Below, piece by piece: positions 27,404 through 38,333 of a stretch of 64,000 nt of DNA. Under the pieces are notes generated by a model, which did not search any database, was not told where the DNA came from, and saw nothing but the letters and a program-made list of their open reading frames with translations. Source of the stretch: an uncultured Clostridia bacterium (GTDB taxonomy: Bacteria; Bacillota; Clostridia; Oscillospirales; CAG-272); NCBI GenBank assembly GCA_948466345.1, contig CAOKAC010000003.1, positions 140,812 to 204,811 on the forward strand, written 5' to 3'. Numbering within the stretch: the stretch's first letter is position 1; each line of letters starts with the position of its first letter. A program made the position numbers and the translations under genes.

Positions 27404-28569
27404 TTATAAAGCTCTCCGAAAACCTGGCGGCATAAATCTTGACAATATGCAAGGGAAAAATCCGGGTCACTGCTGCAAATTTCATTTTCTTCTGCCAGAT
27501 TCTGTGTGTAATCTGACAGCTTATAGGTGGTAATCTGTCCTGCTCCTGTACGTACATGGGTGACCAGAGGCAATACGCCGTAGTCTAGAATATAGGCTTT
27601 GCCTTGGGCATCCATGGAAATGGTAACCTGGGCCATAGCACCCACCATACGGTTAGCGATACCCTTACCAGTTTCAGCGGTGGCATTGATAAAATTGCCA
27701 AGCGAATAGTATACAAGCATATTTCCATTGTCCCCGGTAATCATTTTTACCGGTTCGATTACGTGGGGGTGGGTACCGATTACCAGATTTACACCGCATT
27801 CATAGAAAAGCTGGGTCCATTTATCTTGACTCGCATCCGGTTTGAGTGTGTATTCTGTTCCCCAATGGGGGGCTACGATAACGAAATCCGCAGCATCTTT
27901 TGCCTGGGCTATATCAGCGCGTACCTTAGCTTCCTCCAGAAGATTTATGGTATAGGCTGATCCGTTGGGAAGCGTCATCCCATTTGTACCATAGGTATAA
28001 TTTAAAATAGCGATCCGAATGCCATTTATTTCCCGTACATAGACGGTGTCCCCAGCGGCTGCACTATCGTATATCCCCAGCACTCCAATATCAGGATAGC
28101 TTGTCTTCCAAAAGCTTAGGCAGTTGCGTATGCCAGCTTCCTTTTTGTCCAGTGCGTGATTGGTGGCGTGAAGCACTATATCGAATCCTGCGCGGACGAG
28201 GGCATCTCCTACTTCAAAGGCGCCATTAAAATTGGGATATCCGGAAAGTCCAAGCTCCCTGCCTCCAAGGATTACTTCTTGATTGACAATAGCAAGATCT
28301 GCTGCTGCGATTTCGTCTCGCACGTTTTGAAAAAGGTGATCGTATAGGTAGCTGCCGTCTGCCATGCGCCCGCTGTCGGATACCGTTTCATGCAGCAATA
28401 CGTCTCCTACCATGGAGAGGGTTACGCTCGTCGGCTGAGGAGCTTCTGTTTCGAGAGTGGTTGTTTCTTCCCTTGCAGTTGTTTCATCATATGGCGGATT
28501 GGACTGTACCGTCTTCGCACAGCCGGTCAGTAAAAGGATTATCAGAACCCAAATAAACGATTTTTTCAT
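27400..28569 (-). CDS. CapA-family metallophosphoesterase lipoprotein
   Basis: ATG 28569. Lipobox LLLTGCAK. SMVGDVLLHE, ATNHALD and APHWGTEY motifs of the PGA_cap/CapA family. Confidence 0.8.
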   Translation of the reverse strand: MKKSFIWVLIILLLTGCAKTVQSNPPYDETTAREETTTLETEAPQPTSVTLSMVGDVLLHETVSDSGRMADGSYLYDHLFQNVRDEIAAADLAIVNQEVILGGRELGLSGYPNFNGAFEVGDALVRAGFDIVLHATNHALDKKEAGIRNCLSFWKTSYPDIGVLGIYDSAAAGDTVYVREINGIRIAILNYTYGTNGMTLPNGSAYTINLLEEAKVRADIAQAKDAADFVIVAPHWGTEYTLKPDASQDKWTQLFYECGVNLVIGTHPHVIEPVKMITGDNGNMLVYYSLGNFINATAETGKGIANRMVGAMAQVTISMDAQGKAYILDYGVLPLVTHVRTGAGQITTYKLSDYTQNLAEENEICSSDPDFSLAYCQDLCRQVFGELYN

Positions 28570-28635
28570 ATGCTGTTCTTTCCAAAACATGCCCGACGGA
28601 CGCATTCGAGTCCATCGGGCATGTTTTTATAATTT

Positions 28636-29463
28636 TTATAAATTGATAGATTTTAAGTATTCGATGCTAGCCCGGGCGCATTCCATTTGATCCATTCCTA
28701 GAGAGGGATTGTCCTGTTCAACGATTATCCATTTGGAACCTGCATCTTTTGCGGCTTCCAAAATCGCAGGGATATTCAGCATTCCTTCTCCTGTGGGCCG
28801 AAATTCCAGTTTGGACTCCCCTTCGTCTGCTTCTGTCTCAGGCAAGCCAATCAGCGCATACAGATGCGCGGGCTTTTCACCGCTCATATAAAAATCTTTT
28901 AAATGCACCACCGGGCAGCGGCCGGTAAATTTGCGGATATAAGCGGCCGGGTCTTCTCCGGAGACGGTTACCCAGCAGGTGTCAAGCTCTGCCTGCAGTT
29001 CTTTGGGCGTCAAATGGTCAAACTGGTATTCCAATTTATACTGACCGTCTATTTTCTCAAATTCAAATTCATGATTGTGGTACAGCATCTGGATGCCTTT
29101 GGACCCGGCCTGCTTTCCAATTAGGCGCATGTTTTCCAAAACGGTTTCATAGTCCGCGTCTCCTGGGCGCTGTCCTTCAACCATATAAGGGTATGCAATA
29201 TATTCAACTCCCAAGGTTTGATAAAGAGAAAGCTGGTTTTCCAGATCTGTTGTAAGCATATTATAAGATACATGGGCGCTGATGATTTTCAGTCCCAGTT
29301 CATCGCATAATGCACGAAATGTATGTGGGTCCATATCGTATGAACCGCCGCAGGGTTCTATCCCATCATATCCCATGGCGGCGATTTGCCTCAGGGTACC
29401 TGCGGGATCCTTTTCCATAAAATCTCTGACGCTGTATAGCTGAATTGCGATTGGCAGTGCCAT
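28636..29463 (-). CDS. sugar phosphate isomerase/epimerase (xylose-isomerase-like TIM barrel)
   Basis: ATG 29463 behind GGAGG. MALPIAIQLYSVRD start and HNHEFEF metal-site motif. Confidence 0.75.
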   Translation of the reverse strand: MALPIAIQLYSVRDFMEKDPAGTLRQIAAMGYDGIEPCGGSYDMDPHTFRALCDELGLKIISAHVSYNMLTTDLENQLSLYQTLGVEYIAYPYMVEGQRPGDADYETVLENMRLIGKQAGSKGIQMLYHNHEFEFEKIDGQYKLEYQFDHLTPKELQAELDTCWVTVSGEDPAAYIRKFTGRCPVVHLKDFYMSGEKPAHLYALIGLPETEADEGESKLEFRPTGEGMLNIPAILEAAKDAGSKWIIVEQDNPSLGMDQMECARASIEYLKSINL

Positions 29464-29572
29464 AAAAACCTCCAAGCTGATATGATTCATATTATTATAT
29501 ACGCTTCTATGCAAAAAAACAAGATAAAAACCAAGGTTTTCCATAAAAAATCATTTCCAGTCAACGCATCTC

Positions 29573-29601
29573 TTGACATCGCTGGGGTGTTGCTATATAA
29601 T
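29573..29601 (+). promoter_or_regulatory. sigma-A-type promoter of guaB
   Basis: TTGACA (29573-29578), 17-nt spacer, TATAAT (29596-29601). Confidence 0.7.
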
Positions 29602-29609
29602 AAATATAA

Positions 29610-31103
<1,494 letters not shown>

Positions 31104-31146
31104 ATCGCCTTTTGGCGCACATTGAAAGAAAGGCATGGTGGATACC

Positions 31147-32136
31147 ATGAAAAAGCTTGTTACATTGATTTTGACTGCTGCATTGCTGTTATCGTTGTTT
31201 GCAGTGCAGGTGTTTGCAGCAGAGAACTCTGTTTCCATTTCCATCAAGGGAGCCCAAGGAAAGCCTGGTGATATAGTAAAAGTTCAGTTATATATGGATG
31301 AAAATCCAGGACTTTGGTGCTGCGGACTTGATATAGTCTATAACCCTTCCTACTTCCAGTTGGGAGATGTGGAAAATGGTGAAGTATTTAGTGATGCTGC
31401 ATTTGTAAAGAGTCGGATTACGCCGACGGGCAATTATCGGTTTTATGCACAATATAACACCGATGAAAATACTGATAAAACAGGCGTTTTGGCAACATTT
31501 TATTTCAAAATTTTAGAGGCTGCTCCCAATGGTTCTCATAATATTTCTATCAAACTGCCTGACGGGGAGTGGATTTTAAAGGTTTTGCCGGGCTATAAAC
31601 AGGAAGATGTCACCGTTCATATCGGGGACGCAGCAACAATAAAGGTTACTGATTCGACTGCGACTGCGCCTGTAAAGGATACAACTACAGATGACCCATC
31701 TGAAACAACGGATAAGTCAGAAAATACTACCGGACGGCCTGTAACAAAACATGTGACTGATGACGAAAGCTATGCTGTTACGGACAAGGACGGCAAGTAT
31801 GTAACAGAGATCGTTACCAGCGTGGTTACAGACAGTAATGGGGATACACAGTATGATGAAGCAGGGAACCCTGTTACTGAAATTGTGACGGAAACAGTGC
31901 CGGTGCCGGAGTCTACACAGCCTGAGAATGAAGATGAAACACAGAAAAATGTAGGCACAAAAAGAATTATTTTGATTGTTGGCATTATTTTGCTTGTAGT
32001 CGCCGCAGGAATTATACTGGTTATTTTGTACAATGCTCGTAAAAACGGCAAGGGGCCTGGAAATGATGGAGAAAGCGGAAGTGAACCTTCATCAGATTCT
32101 TCGAATAAAAATACAGATACAGCCAGCAAGGAATAA
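31147..32136 (+). CDS. membrane-anchored cohesin-domain surface protein
   Basis: Signal peptide MKKLVTLILTAALLLSLFAVQVFA. Cohesin-like domain (GDIVKVQLYMDENPGLWCCGLDIVYNPSYFQL...GVLATFYFKILE). T/D/E-rich linker, one TM helix, acidic/Ser-rich cytoplasmic tail. No sortase motif. Confidence 0.7.
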   Translation: MKKLVTLILTAALLLSLFAVQVFAAENSVSISIKGAQGKPGDIVKVQLYMDENPGLWCCGLDIVYNPSYFQLGDVENGEVFSDAAFVKSRITPTGNYRFYAQYNTDENTDKTGVLATFYFKILEAAPNGSHNISIKLPDGEWILKVLPGYKQEDVTVHIGDAATIKVTDSTATAPVKDTTTDDPSETTDKSENTTGRPVTKHVTDDESYAVTDKDGKYVTEIVTSVVTDSNGDTQYDEAGNPVTEIVTETVPVPESTQPENEDETQKNVGTKRIILIVGIILLVVAAGIILVILYNARKNGKGPGNDGESGSEPSSDSSNKNTDTASKE

Positions 32137-32143
32137 AAAAGAG

Positions 32144-32170
32144 AGCCACCGAAGTTCGGTGGCTTTCTTT
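32144..32170. terminator. intrinsic terminator between convergent genes
   Basis: AGCCACCG-aagtt-CGGTGGCT hairpin followed by TTCTTT. Confidence 0.65.
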
Positions 32171-33500
32171 ACGCATATTTATATTTTTTCCGTTTTGCAA
32201 TAAGAAAAATAGCAGATATGATGCAGGCAAAAATTTCTGCTGCTGAGATGGCCCACCATATGCCGTCAACCCCAAAGAATACAGGCAGTATAAGAACCGC
32301 TGCCGCTTGAAATATGAGCGTGCGCAAAAAAGAGATTGCCGCTGAGACAGCGCCATTATTCAGAGCGGTAAAGAAGGACGATGAAAAAATATTGCATCCT
32401 GCCAATAAAAAGGAGAGAGAAAATACACGAAAGGCATGTTTTGTCAGCTGATATAGTTCTAAATCATACCCGACAAACAGCTTTGCAAGCGGGGCGGCAA
32501 GAACAGATGCCAGTACAGAAAGCGTAATGCCGGCAATGCTCATCAAGCCTATACTTTTTCCAAGCATGTTTTTTACTTCAGAGTGGTTACTGGCGCCAAA
32601 GTGATAACTAACAATCGGAGCGCTTCCAATTGCATATCCGATAAAGATGGCGATAAAAATAAACTGTACATACATAAGCACGCCATATGCAGAAACGCCA
32701 TTCTCTCCTGCAAAATGCAGTAGTTGGAAATTGTACAGCATGCTAACGAAAGAAGCGGAGATATTGCTCATCAATTCGGAAGAACCATTGGTGCATGCCT
32801 TCAAAATTGGCCGCCAGGCGAGCTTTGTTTTCATTAGCCGCAAGAGACTGGTATTCGGACGAAGAAAATATATGAGCGGAAACAATCCGCCAACACATTG
32901 ACTGATTCCGGTAGCAACGGCTGCTCCGACAACACCCAACCCGAATCCGGCGATAAACAGTGCGTCCAGCGCCATATTAGTAACACCCGCCGCTATAGTT
33001 GTAACAAGGCCAAGCTTGGGCTTCTGTGCTGCGATCAGAAAACTTTGAAATACGTTTTGCAGCATAAATGCAGGGGTAAAACCGGTTACAATTCTGCCGT
33101 ACAGGATGCAATGGTTTATCATTCCATCAGTTGCGCCAAGAAAATGTGCTACAGGACGCATAAAAGTGATACCAATAACAGCTAATACGATACCTAAAAG
33201 CAGCGTGAAAAGCACCATGATAGAAAAATAGCGGTTTGCTCGTTCTCTATTTTGCTCACCTAGCACTTTAGATACTAGGGCGGTCCCTCCTGTTCCAATC
33301 ATAAAGCCCATTCCGCCGAGAATCATTATAAACGGCATAACTAGGTTGATGGATGCGAAAGGTGTTTTCCCAACAAAATTGGATACAAATAATCCGTCTA
33401 CCACGCCATAAATAGAGGTAAACACCATCATTACAATAGATGGGAGTACAAACCGCAGCAACTTTTTATATGTAAAATGATCGGATAATTGTATGCTCAT
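32169..33500 (-). CDS. MATE family efflux transporter
   Basis: Start MSIQLSDHFTYKKLLRFVLPSIV (ATG 33500, ATGA overlap with the marR stop). 12 predicted TM helices and a typical MATE N-terminus. Confidence 0.85.
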   Translation of the reverse strand: MSIQLSDHFTYKKLLRFVLPSIVMMVFTSIYGVVDGLFVSNFVGKTPFASINLVMPFIMILGGMGFMIGTGGTALVSKVLGEQNRERANRYFSIMVLFTLLLGIVLAVIGITFMRPVAHFLGATDGMINHCILYGRIVTGFTPAFMLQNVFQSFLIAAQKPKLGLVTTIAAGVTNMALDALFIAGFGLGVVGAAVATGISQCVGGLFPLIYFLRPNTSLLRLMKTKLAWRPILKACTNGSSELMSNISASFVSMLYNFQLLHFAGENGVSAYGVLMYVQFIFIAIFIGYAIGSAPIVSYHFGASNHSEVKNMLGKSIGLMSIAGITLSVLASVLAAPLAKLFVGYDLELYQLTKHAFRVFSLSFLLAGCNIFSSSFFTALNNGAVSAAISFLRTLIFQAAAVLILPVFFGVDGIWWAISAAEIFACIISAIFLIAKRKKYKYA

Positions 33501-33937
33501 TCTGCACCTCCTATTTCGTTTGTTTTGTCTTTCAATATTTCTGTATACTTTCGGAAAAGAGACAGAAACATTGCGCGCTCCTGCTCGGAAAGCGCAAGAA
33601 GGGCGCTTTGCTCCGCCAGCATAACAGAATCTACCGTATCCCTTGCAAGGCAAATCCCTTTTTCGGTGAGCATGACACATTTGCTGCGCCGATTCTGGCC
33701 ATAGGAAAGCGTGATATATCCTTCGGCCTCCAAGCTTTTCAATGCAGAATTTACGGTTTGCTTTGGCTCATGCAAGATTTCACAGATTTCTGTTTGTGTT
33801 ATCCTGTTTTGCTCTTCACGCAGTGTATATAAAATCCAAAAGGTGCATGCGGATAGCCCGAGTCTTTTACAAAGCGCGCGGTAGATACCGTCATTTTCCT
33901 TGATTAAATCGTTATATGCAGGCAGCGGATTGTTCAT
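33497..33937 (-). CDS. MarR family transcriptional regulator
   Basis: 146 aa. Winged-helix region (ITQTEICEILHEPKQTVNSALKSLEAEGYI). Translationally coupled to the MATE gene. Confidence 0.85.
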   Translation of the reverse strand: MNNPLPAYNDLIKENDGIYRALCKRLGLSACTFWILYTLREEQNRITQTEICEILHEPKQTVNSALKSLEAEGYITLSYGQNRRSKCVMLTEKGICLARDTVDSVMLAEQSALLALSEQERAMFLSLFRKYTEILKDKTNEIGGAE

Positions 33938-33960
33938 AGCATCTTTCCTTAAAAGAAAAA

Positions 33961-34011
33961 ATATCCGAAATCGGACTTTTATAGTATAGTCCGATTTCGG
34001 ATATTTGTCAA
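33961..34011 (-). promoter_or_regulatory. marR promoter overlapped by a perfect 17-bp inverted repeat (likely MarR operator)
   Basis: ATATCCGAAATCGGACT (33961-33977) / AGTCCGATTTCGGATAT (33988-34004). Minus-strand -35 TTGACA (34011-34006), 17-nt spacer, -10 TATACT (33988-33983). Confidence 0.7.
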
Positions 34012-34028
34012 GATGAATAGAAATGAAG

Positions 34029-34646
34029 TTACAAATTATTAAAATGCAATCCTGAAAGCGTTCCTGCGTTCAAATATGCGTCTTTTGAAATGGAGCACAC
34101 GCCGACCGCTACGCTTTTACCTTTGGCCATAAGAGGCTCATGGGCAAATCCTTCAAAGGTCATGCCGGCCTTTTCCATTACTTTTCTGGAGGGGATATTG
34201 CCTTCCATAAATCGGGATTCTACCCGATTCAGTCCGAGCACTTCAAAGGCAAATTGGACAACTCTTTGCAGTGCTTCCGGGGCAAGACCCTGGCCCCAAT
34301 AGTTTTTATTAAGTACATATCCCACTTCACCCAAACTTTTTTTGCAGTCAATTCGGGTAAATCCGCAGGTTCCGATCATTTTATTTTCTGTGCGGAGAAC
34401 CAATGCCCAATCAAAAAATTCTCCCGCTTTGTAGCGGCTGGAAACATAGGTAAGATACCGGCGGGTAAACGCCTCATCAGGGTGAGGCTCCCAAGTGAGA
34501 AAGCGGGTTACAGTAGGATCCTTAGCGTACGCAAACATATCGCTGCTGTCGCTGCGCTGCATACGGCGCAATGTCAGTCGATTGGTCTGCAGTACCGGCG
34601 GATTCCGAAAAATAGATTTGAGCATGTTTGCCATAGTAGACTCCAT
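34029..34646 (-). CDS. GNAT family N-acetyltransferase (RimJ/RimL-like)
   Basis: TNRLTLRRM...WEPHPD...GYVLNKNYWGQGLAPEA pattern. The start may be ATG 34634 (MANML), which has a GGAG RBS. Confidence 0.8.
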   Translation of the reverse strand: MESTMANMLKSIFRNPPVLQTNRLTLRRMQRSDSSDMFAYAKDPTVTRFLTWEPHPDEAFTRRYLTYVSSRYKAGEFFDWALVLRTENKMIGTCGFTRIDCKKSLGEVGYVLNKNYWGQGLAPEALQRVVQFAFEVLGLNRVESRFMEGNIPSRKVMEKAGMTFEGFAHEPLMAKGKSVAVGVCSISKDAYLNAGTLSGLHFNNL

Positions 34647-34902
34647 TTCGCCGGATGGCGGCGATATAAATGAATTTTGCTATTATAGTATAGCATATTT
34701 TATCAAAGAAAGATAGCGTTTTTCCTGCTTATTTATTCCGGTGAATGTCCAGTTTTTATATTAAGATATTGTATGTCAAACGCAGGACAGAGGAAATCCA
34801 CATGGAAATTTTTATAATTTTATTGATGTATTCATAAAAATATGATACACTGATAATAAACTTTTATGTAGTATTGTCTTTTACATTGGAAAGGAATAAA
34901 GA

Positions 34903-35718
34903 ATGGAATTTCATAAAATTGCAGTTTTAGGTACGGGAAATATGGGACGGGCCATTACCGACGGGATGCTTTCTTCCGGAATGCTGCAGCCCGGCGAATT
35001 GGTTTTGGCAGATTTGCAGGCGGAGCGACTGCAATCTTATGAAGAGATGGGCTGCGCAGTGACTGCTGACGCCGTACAGGCATGTCAGCAGGGGGACGTG
35101 TGGATTTTGGGCGTAAAGCCACAGGTTTTGCCAGCATTGCTTGAGAACCTGCGGCCCTACTGTGCTGAAAAACTGGTGATTTCCATAGCCGCAGGCGTTT
35201 CTATAGATACAATTGAGTCCACATTGCCAATGTGCTCGGTGGTGCGGGTCATGCCTAACACTCCGCTTATGGTTGGCAAGGGAGTCAGCGCGTTGTGCTG
35301 TGGAGCACGTGTTGATGCGGCGCAGCGTGCCTTTGCAGAAAAGATATTCTCCTGTGCGGGAAGCGTTCTTTGGTGTGGGGAAGAACTTCTCAATCCTATA
35401 ACGGCGCTTACCTCTAGCTCTGTGGCATATTTTGCCCGCCTTATTGCAGATATGTGTGCGTGGGCGGAACAAAATGGATTTCAAGCATTTGACAAATCGG
35501 CTGTTGTTCAATGGGTTTGCGATACGGCTGCCGGCACTGCCGCATTGATAACGGAACGAAAAATGGATCCGGCGGCTCTGGTTCGTGCGGTAGCTTCCCC
35601 AGGCGGAACGACCCAGCGCGCACTAGACGTTTTTGATGAACGGGATTTAAGCGGTCTTGTTTTGGAAGCGATGGATGCGTGTCTGCGCCGCGCTGACGAA
35701 TTGTCCGGAAAAGCATAA
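34903..35718 (+). CDS. proC: pyrroline-5-carboxylate reductase
   Basis: IAVLGTGNMGRAI NADP-binding fold and C-terminal SPGGTTQRAL motif. Confidence 0.9.
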   Translation: MEFHKIAVLGTGNMGRAITDGMLSSGMLQPGELVLADLQAERLQSYEEMGCAVTADAVQACQQGDVWILGVKPQVLPALLENLRPYCAEKLVISIAAGVSIDTIESTLPMCSVVRVMPNTPLMVGKGVSALCCGARVDAAQRAFAEKIFSCAGSVLWCGEELLNPITALTSSSVAYFARLIADMCAWAEQNGFQAFDKSAVVQWVCDTAAGTAALITERKMDPAALVRAVASPGGTTQRALDVFDERDLSGLVLEAMDACLRRADELSGKA

Positions 35719-35780
35719 TAAAACTGGAATGGAAAAGCCCTCTTGCGCATAGGATGTACTAAAAAGGAGCGGGGGCTATC

Positions 35781-36296
35781 ATGACAGAAGAAAAAGAGTT
35801 TATATTTGGAGAAGTGCGGGAAAAAAAGCGGTCTTATTTGGTATATTTGCCGATTGCTGCATTTTTGATTTGTATTGCCGCAGGAACATATATAGGGGGA
35901 GACGGCGGCGCTTTTGTTCGTTTGGAAAATCCCTTTGATAAAGACACCTCCTTTTTCTTCACCTGTGCGGGGATATGCTTTTTAGATATTGTACAAACTT
36001 TGCTGATTGGAGTGGGTGCAGGTCAGCGTATGTTTATTCCCGTTGCAACGGGAATCGGGGCGCTTCGAGGAATGGCTCTTGGTGCAGCAATTTCTTTTTG
36101 TACCGAAAATGCGCTTCCCAGTGCGGCAGTCGGCATGACAGCTTCGTTTGGTGCCGTATCGGCACTGCTCCTTTGTTACGGGACATTTATGCATCGCATC
36201 TCTTGTGAGACCGGTTTTTTGTATCGTATTCTATGTTATTTTGCAGTAAGCGGAGCAGCAGCGCTGCTGCGATTGCTGCCGTATCTGTTGCTTTGA
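35781..36296 (+). CDS. hypothetical integral membrane protein
   Basis: 171 aa, about 4-5 hydrophobic helices, no recognisable motif. Confidence 0.5.
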   Translation: MTEEKEFIFGEVREKKRSYLVYLPIAAFLICIAAGTYIGGDGGAFVRLENPFDKDTSFFFTCAGICFLDIVQTLLIGVGAGQRMFIPVATGIGALRGMALGAAISFCTENALPSAAVGMTASFGAVSALLLCYGTFMHRISCETGFLYRILCYFAVSGAAALLRLLPYLLL

Positions 36297-36324
36297 AAGA
36301 AGTTTTACAGAGAAAGGAAGTCAA

Positions 36325-37362
36325 ATGGCAAAAAAGTATGAAAATATGGGCGATAAAAACGCTTATGATAAGGAACCCCAAAAGAAAAAGCGCTTCACGC
36401 TGAATCCTTTTGAAAATATGTATCAAAAGGAGGGGAAGGGAGTTGGGCTGGAGGAACTCCATGTACTGGAGAAGCCGAATCTGCGAACCTTTTTTAAGCT
36501 TCTGCGCCGCAAGTTGAATTATATTTTTTCCATAAATATTTTGATGGTTGTGGGGAATTTTCCGCTTTTATTTGCATTGTTTGCTGTGGCGTATACATTA
36601 AATGAAGCTTTTGCCCCTAATTATCAGATTTATTCTGTACTCCAGGGAGCAGCGTATTTTGATAATTCGCCGCCGATTCTATCGCTTCTGGGTATATATG
36701 GATTGCAGGACAGTGTATCTATTTTTACGACAGCATCTTATGTGTTCTTGGGGCTCTCTGCACTGGTTCTGTTTACCTTCGGACCGGTAAATGTAGGAAC
36801 CACCTATATTTTGCGTAATATGGTACGAGAAGAACCGGTATTTGTGTGGAGTGATTTTTGGTATGCTGTGAAGCGAAATATTAAACAAGGGATTTTATTC
36901 GGAATCATTGATTTGGCGATGATTGCAATTCTGGCATTTGATATGCTGGCATATCGAATCAATATTTTAAATAGTACGCTGTATTTCGGGTTGTATATTC
37001 TCAGCTTCGGGATGATGATCATGTATTTCTTTATTCGAATGTATGCGTATCCCATGATCGTTACTTTTGATATGAGCCTTTGGAAGATTTTTAAAAATTC
37101 TATTTTCTTTGCCATTTTGGGAATCAAACGAAATATCTTGGCACTCCTTGGCACAGTGATTCTTTTTGTACTGGACTTTTACCTCATGGGCATTTTCTTG
37201 CCTTTGGGATTGATTTTGCCCTTTGTTATTTTGCTTGGCATGGCAGGCTTTATGTGCAATTATGCCTCGTTCCCTAAAATCAAACAGATTATGATAGATC
37301 CGTATTATAAAGAAGTAGACGCAATGAACGGCGGAGAAAATATGGCTGCATCACAGAAATGA
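36325..37362 (+). CDS. YesL-like (DUF624) membrane protein
   Basis: 345 aa, multi-TM. The N-terminal cytoplasmic segment followed by INILMVVGNFPLLFALFAV resembles DUF624. Confidence 0.45.
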   Translation: MAKKYENMGDKNAYDKEPQKKKRFTLNPFENMYQKEGKGVGLEELHVLEKPNLRTFFKLLRRKLNYIFSINILMVVGNFPLLFALFAVAYTLNEAFAPNYQIYSVLQGAAYFDNSPPILSLLGIYGLQDSVSIFTTASYVFLGLSALVLFTFGPVNVGTTYILRNMVREEPVFVWSDFWYAVKRNIKQGILFGIIDLAMIAILAFDMLAYRINILNSTLYFGLYILSFGMMIMYFFIRMYAYPMIVTFDMSLWKIFKNSIFFAILGIKRNILALLGTVILFVLDFYLMGIFLPLGLILPFVILLGMAGFMCNYASFPKIKQIMIDPYYKEVDAMNGGENMAASQK

Positions 37363-37364
37363 AG

Positions 37365-37399
37365 AAAAACCAGGTCAACAAAGTTGACCTGGTTTTTTT
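37365..37399. terminator. bidirectional intrinsic terminator
   Basis: CCAGGTCAAC-aaa-GTTGACCTGG flanked by an A-run and a T-run. Confidence 0.8.
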
Positions 37400-37407
37400 A
37401 TAGTTAT

Positions 37408-38250
37408 TTAGTTTCCGCAGCCGCAGCGCTTGCCGTTGTCCGTACTGCATCCCCTAGCTAGACTGCCTGCAGAAGGCGGGCAGAACTCATTTACAGGGAA
37501 AGCCATACTGTGGAACAATCGGCAGGGATCATCTTCGTGTACTTCCTGGCAAACTTTTTCGGGAACGCAGTATTCCACTGCATTTACCAGATATTGCGCA
37601 GGGCGCTCAATACGAATTACGGAGAAGAGTCCTAGGGTAACAACCAATTTGTCTCCCTCTGTGTCACAAATGTCACCGCCGGATACTGTGCAGCAAACTC
37701 CCTGAGGAATTTCGTCACAGCAGCAGCAACAGCAACAGCATTTCTGTTCTGGCTTTACAATTTTGCAGGACAGAATAATCGGGTCTACTGCTTCTACGAC
37801 AGCAATGGGAAGATTTGTAGTCATAGGGCATCCGCAGCCGTCTTTGGGCGGGCAGAAGCCGGAGCAGTTATTATCGCTTTTGAATACGCTTACATTGCCT
37901 TCGCTGCCAAACAGAATGACCTTTTTCTCAACAACAGCGATACCTTCTACTTCCTGTATATTTCCGGGAGAAATACACGCTTCGCAGGTAACACGGATAT
38001 AGATCTTAATAGTCAACTGATAGAATCCTCTGTTGAATGGAACACAATCAATGTTGATATAAGACCATACGATTCTGGCACATTTGCAGCGTACTGCAAC
38101 TCCTCTATCAACAAGCTCCTGGCCGTATCCGGTCAGAAATACACGTACATCCTCGAAACAGTCCTTGTCGCGGCAGGAATCAAGAACCCGGTATGTATCG
38201 ATACATACCATTTCCCGGGACGAGGGCTGACACTGTCTGTTATCAGACAT
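37408..38250 (-). CDS. cysteine-rich protein (~32 Cys in 280 aa, C8 run), unknown function
   Basis: ATG 38250 behind GGAGG. Sequence reads ...EQKCCCCCCCCDEIPQGVCCTV... plus many CxC/CxxC pairs. No signal peptide or TM helix seen. Confidence 0.7.
   Translation of the reverse strand: MSDNRQCQPSSREMVCIDTYRVLDSCRDKDCFEDVRVFLTGYGQELVDRGVAVRCKCARIVWSYINIDCVPFNRGFYQLTIKIYIRVTCEACISPGNIQEVEGIAVVEKKVILFGSEGNVSVFKSDNNCSGFCPPKDGCGCPMTTNLPIAVVEAVDPIILSCKIVKPEQKCCCCCCCCDEIPQGVCCTVSGGDICDTEGDKLVVTLGLFSVIRIERPAQYLVNAVEYCVPEKVCQEVHEDDPCRLFHSMAFPVNEFCPPSAGSLARGCSTDNGKRCGCGN
37717..37740 (-). repeat. (TGY)8 trinucleotide tract encoding eight consecutive cysteines
   Basis: Plus strand ACA GCA GCA GCA ACA GCA ACA GCA, which is minus-strand TGC TGT TGC TGT TGC TGC TGC TGT, in frame with the CDS. 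Confidence 0.9.
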
Positions 38251-38333
38251 ATATATTATACCTCCTCTGAGCATAAGACAGCAAGTATTTACTGCCTTCG
38301 CTATATCATATGCGCAGGTATACAAGTTGACAA

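Noticed and set aside
34647-34902. Possible T-box or other riboswitch upstream of proC, and similarly upstream of proS (59890-59958)
   Set aside because: The proC leader has no UGGNACC T-box sequence, AGAGA motif or terminator hairpin. The proS upstream gap is only 69 nt.
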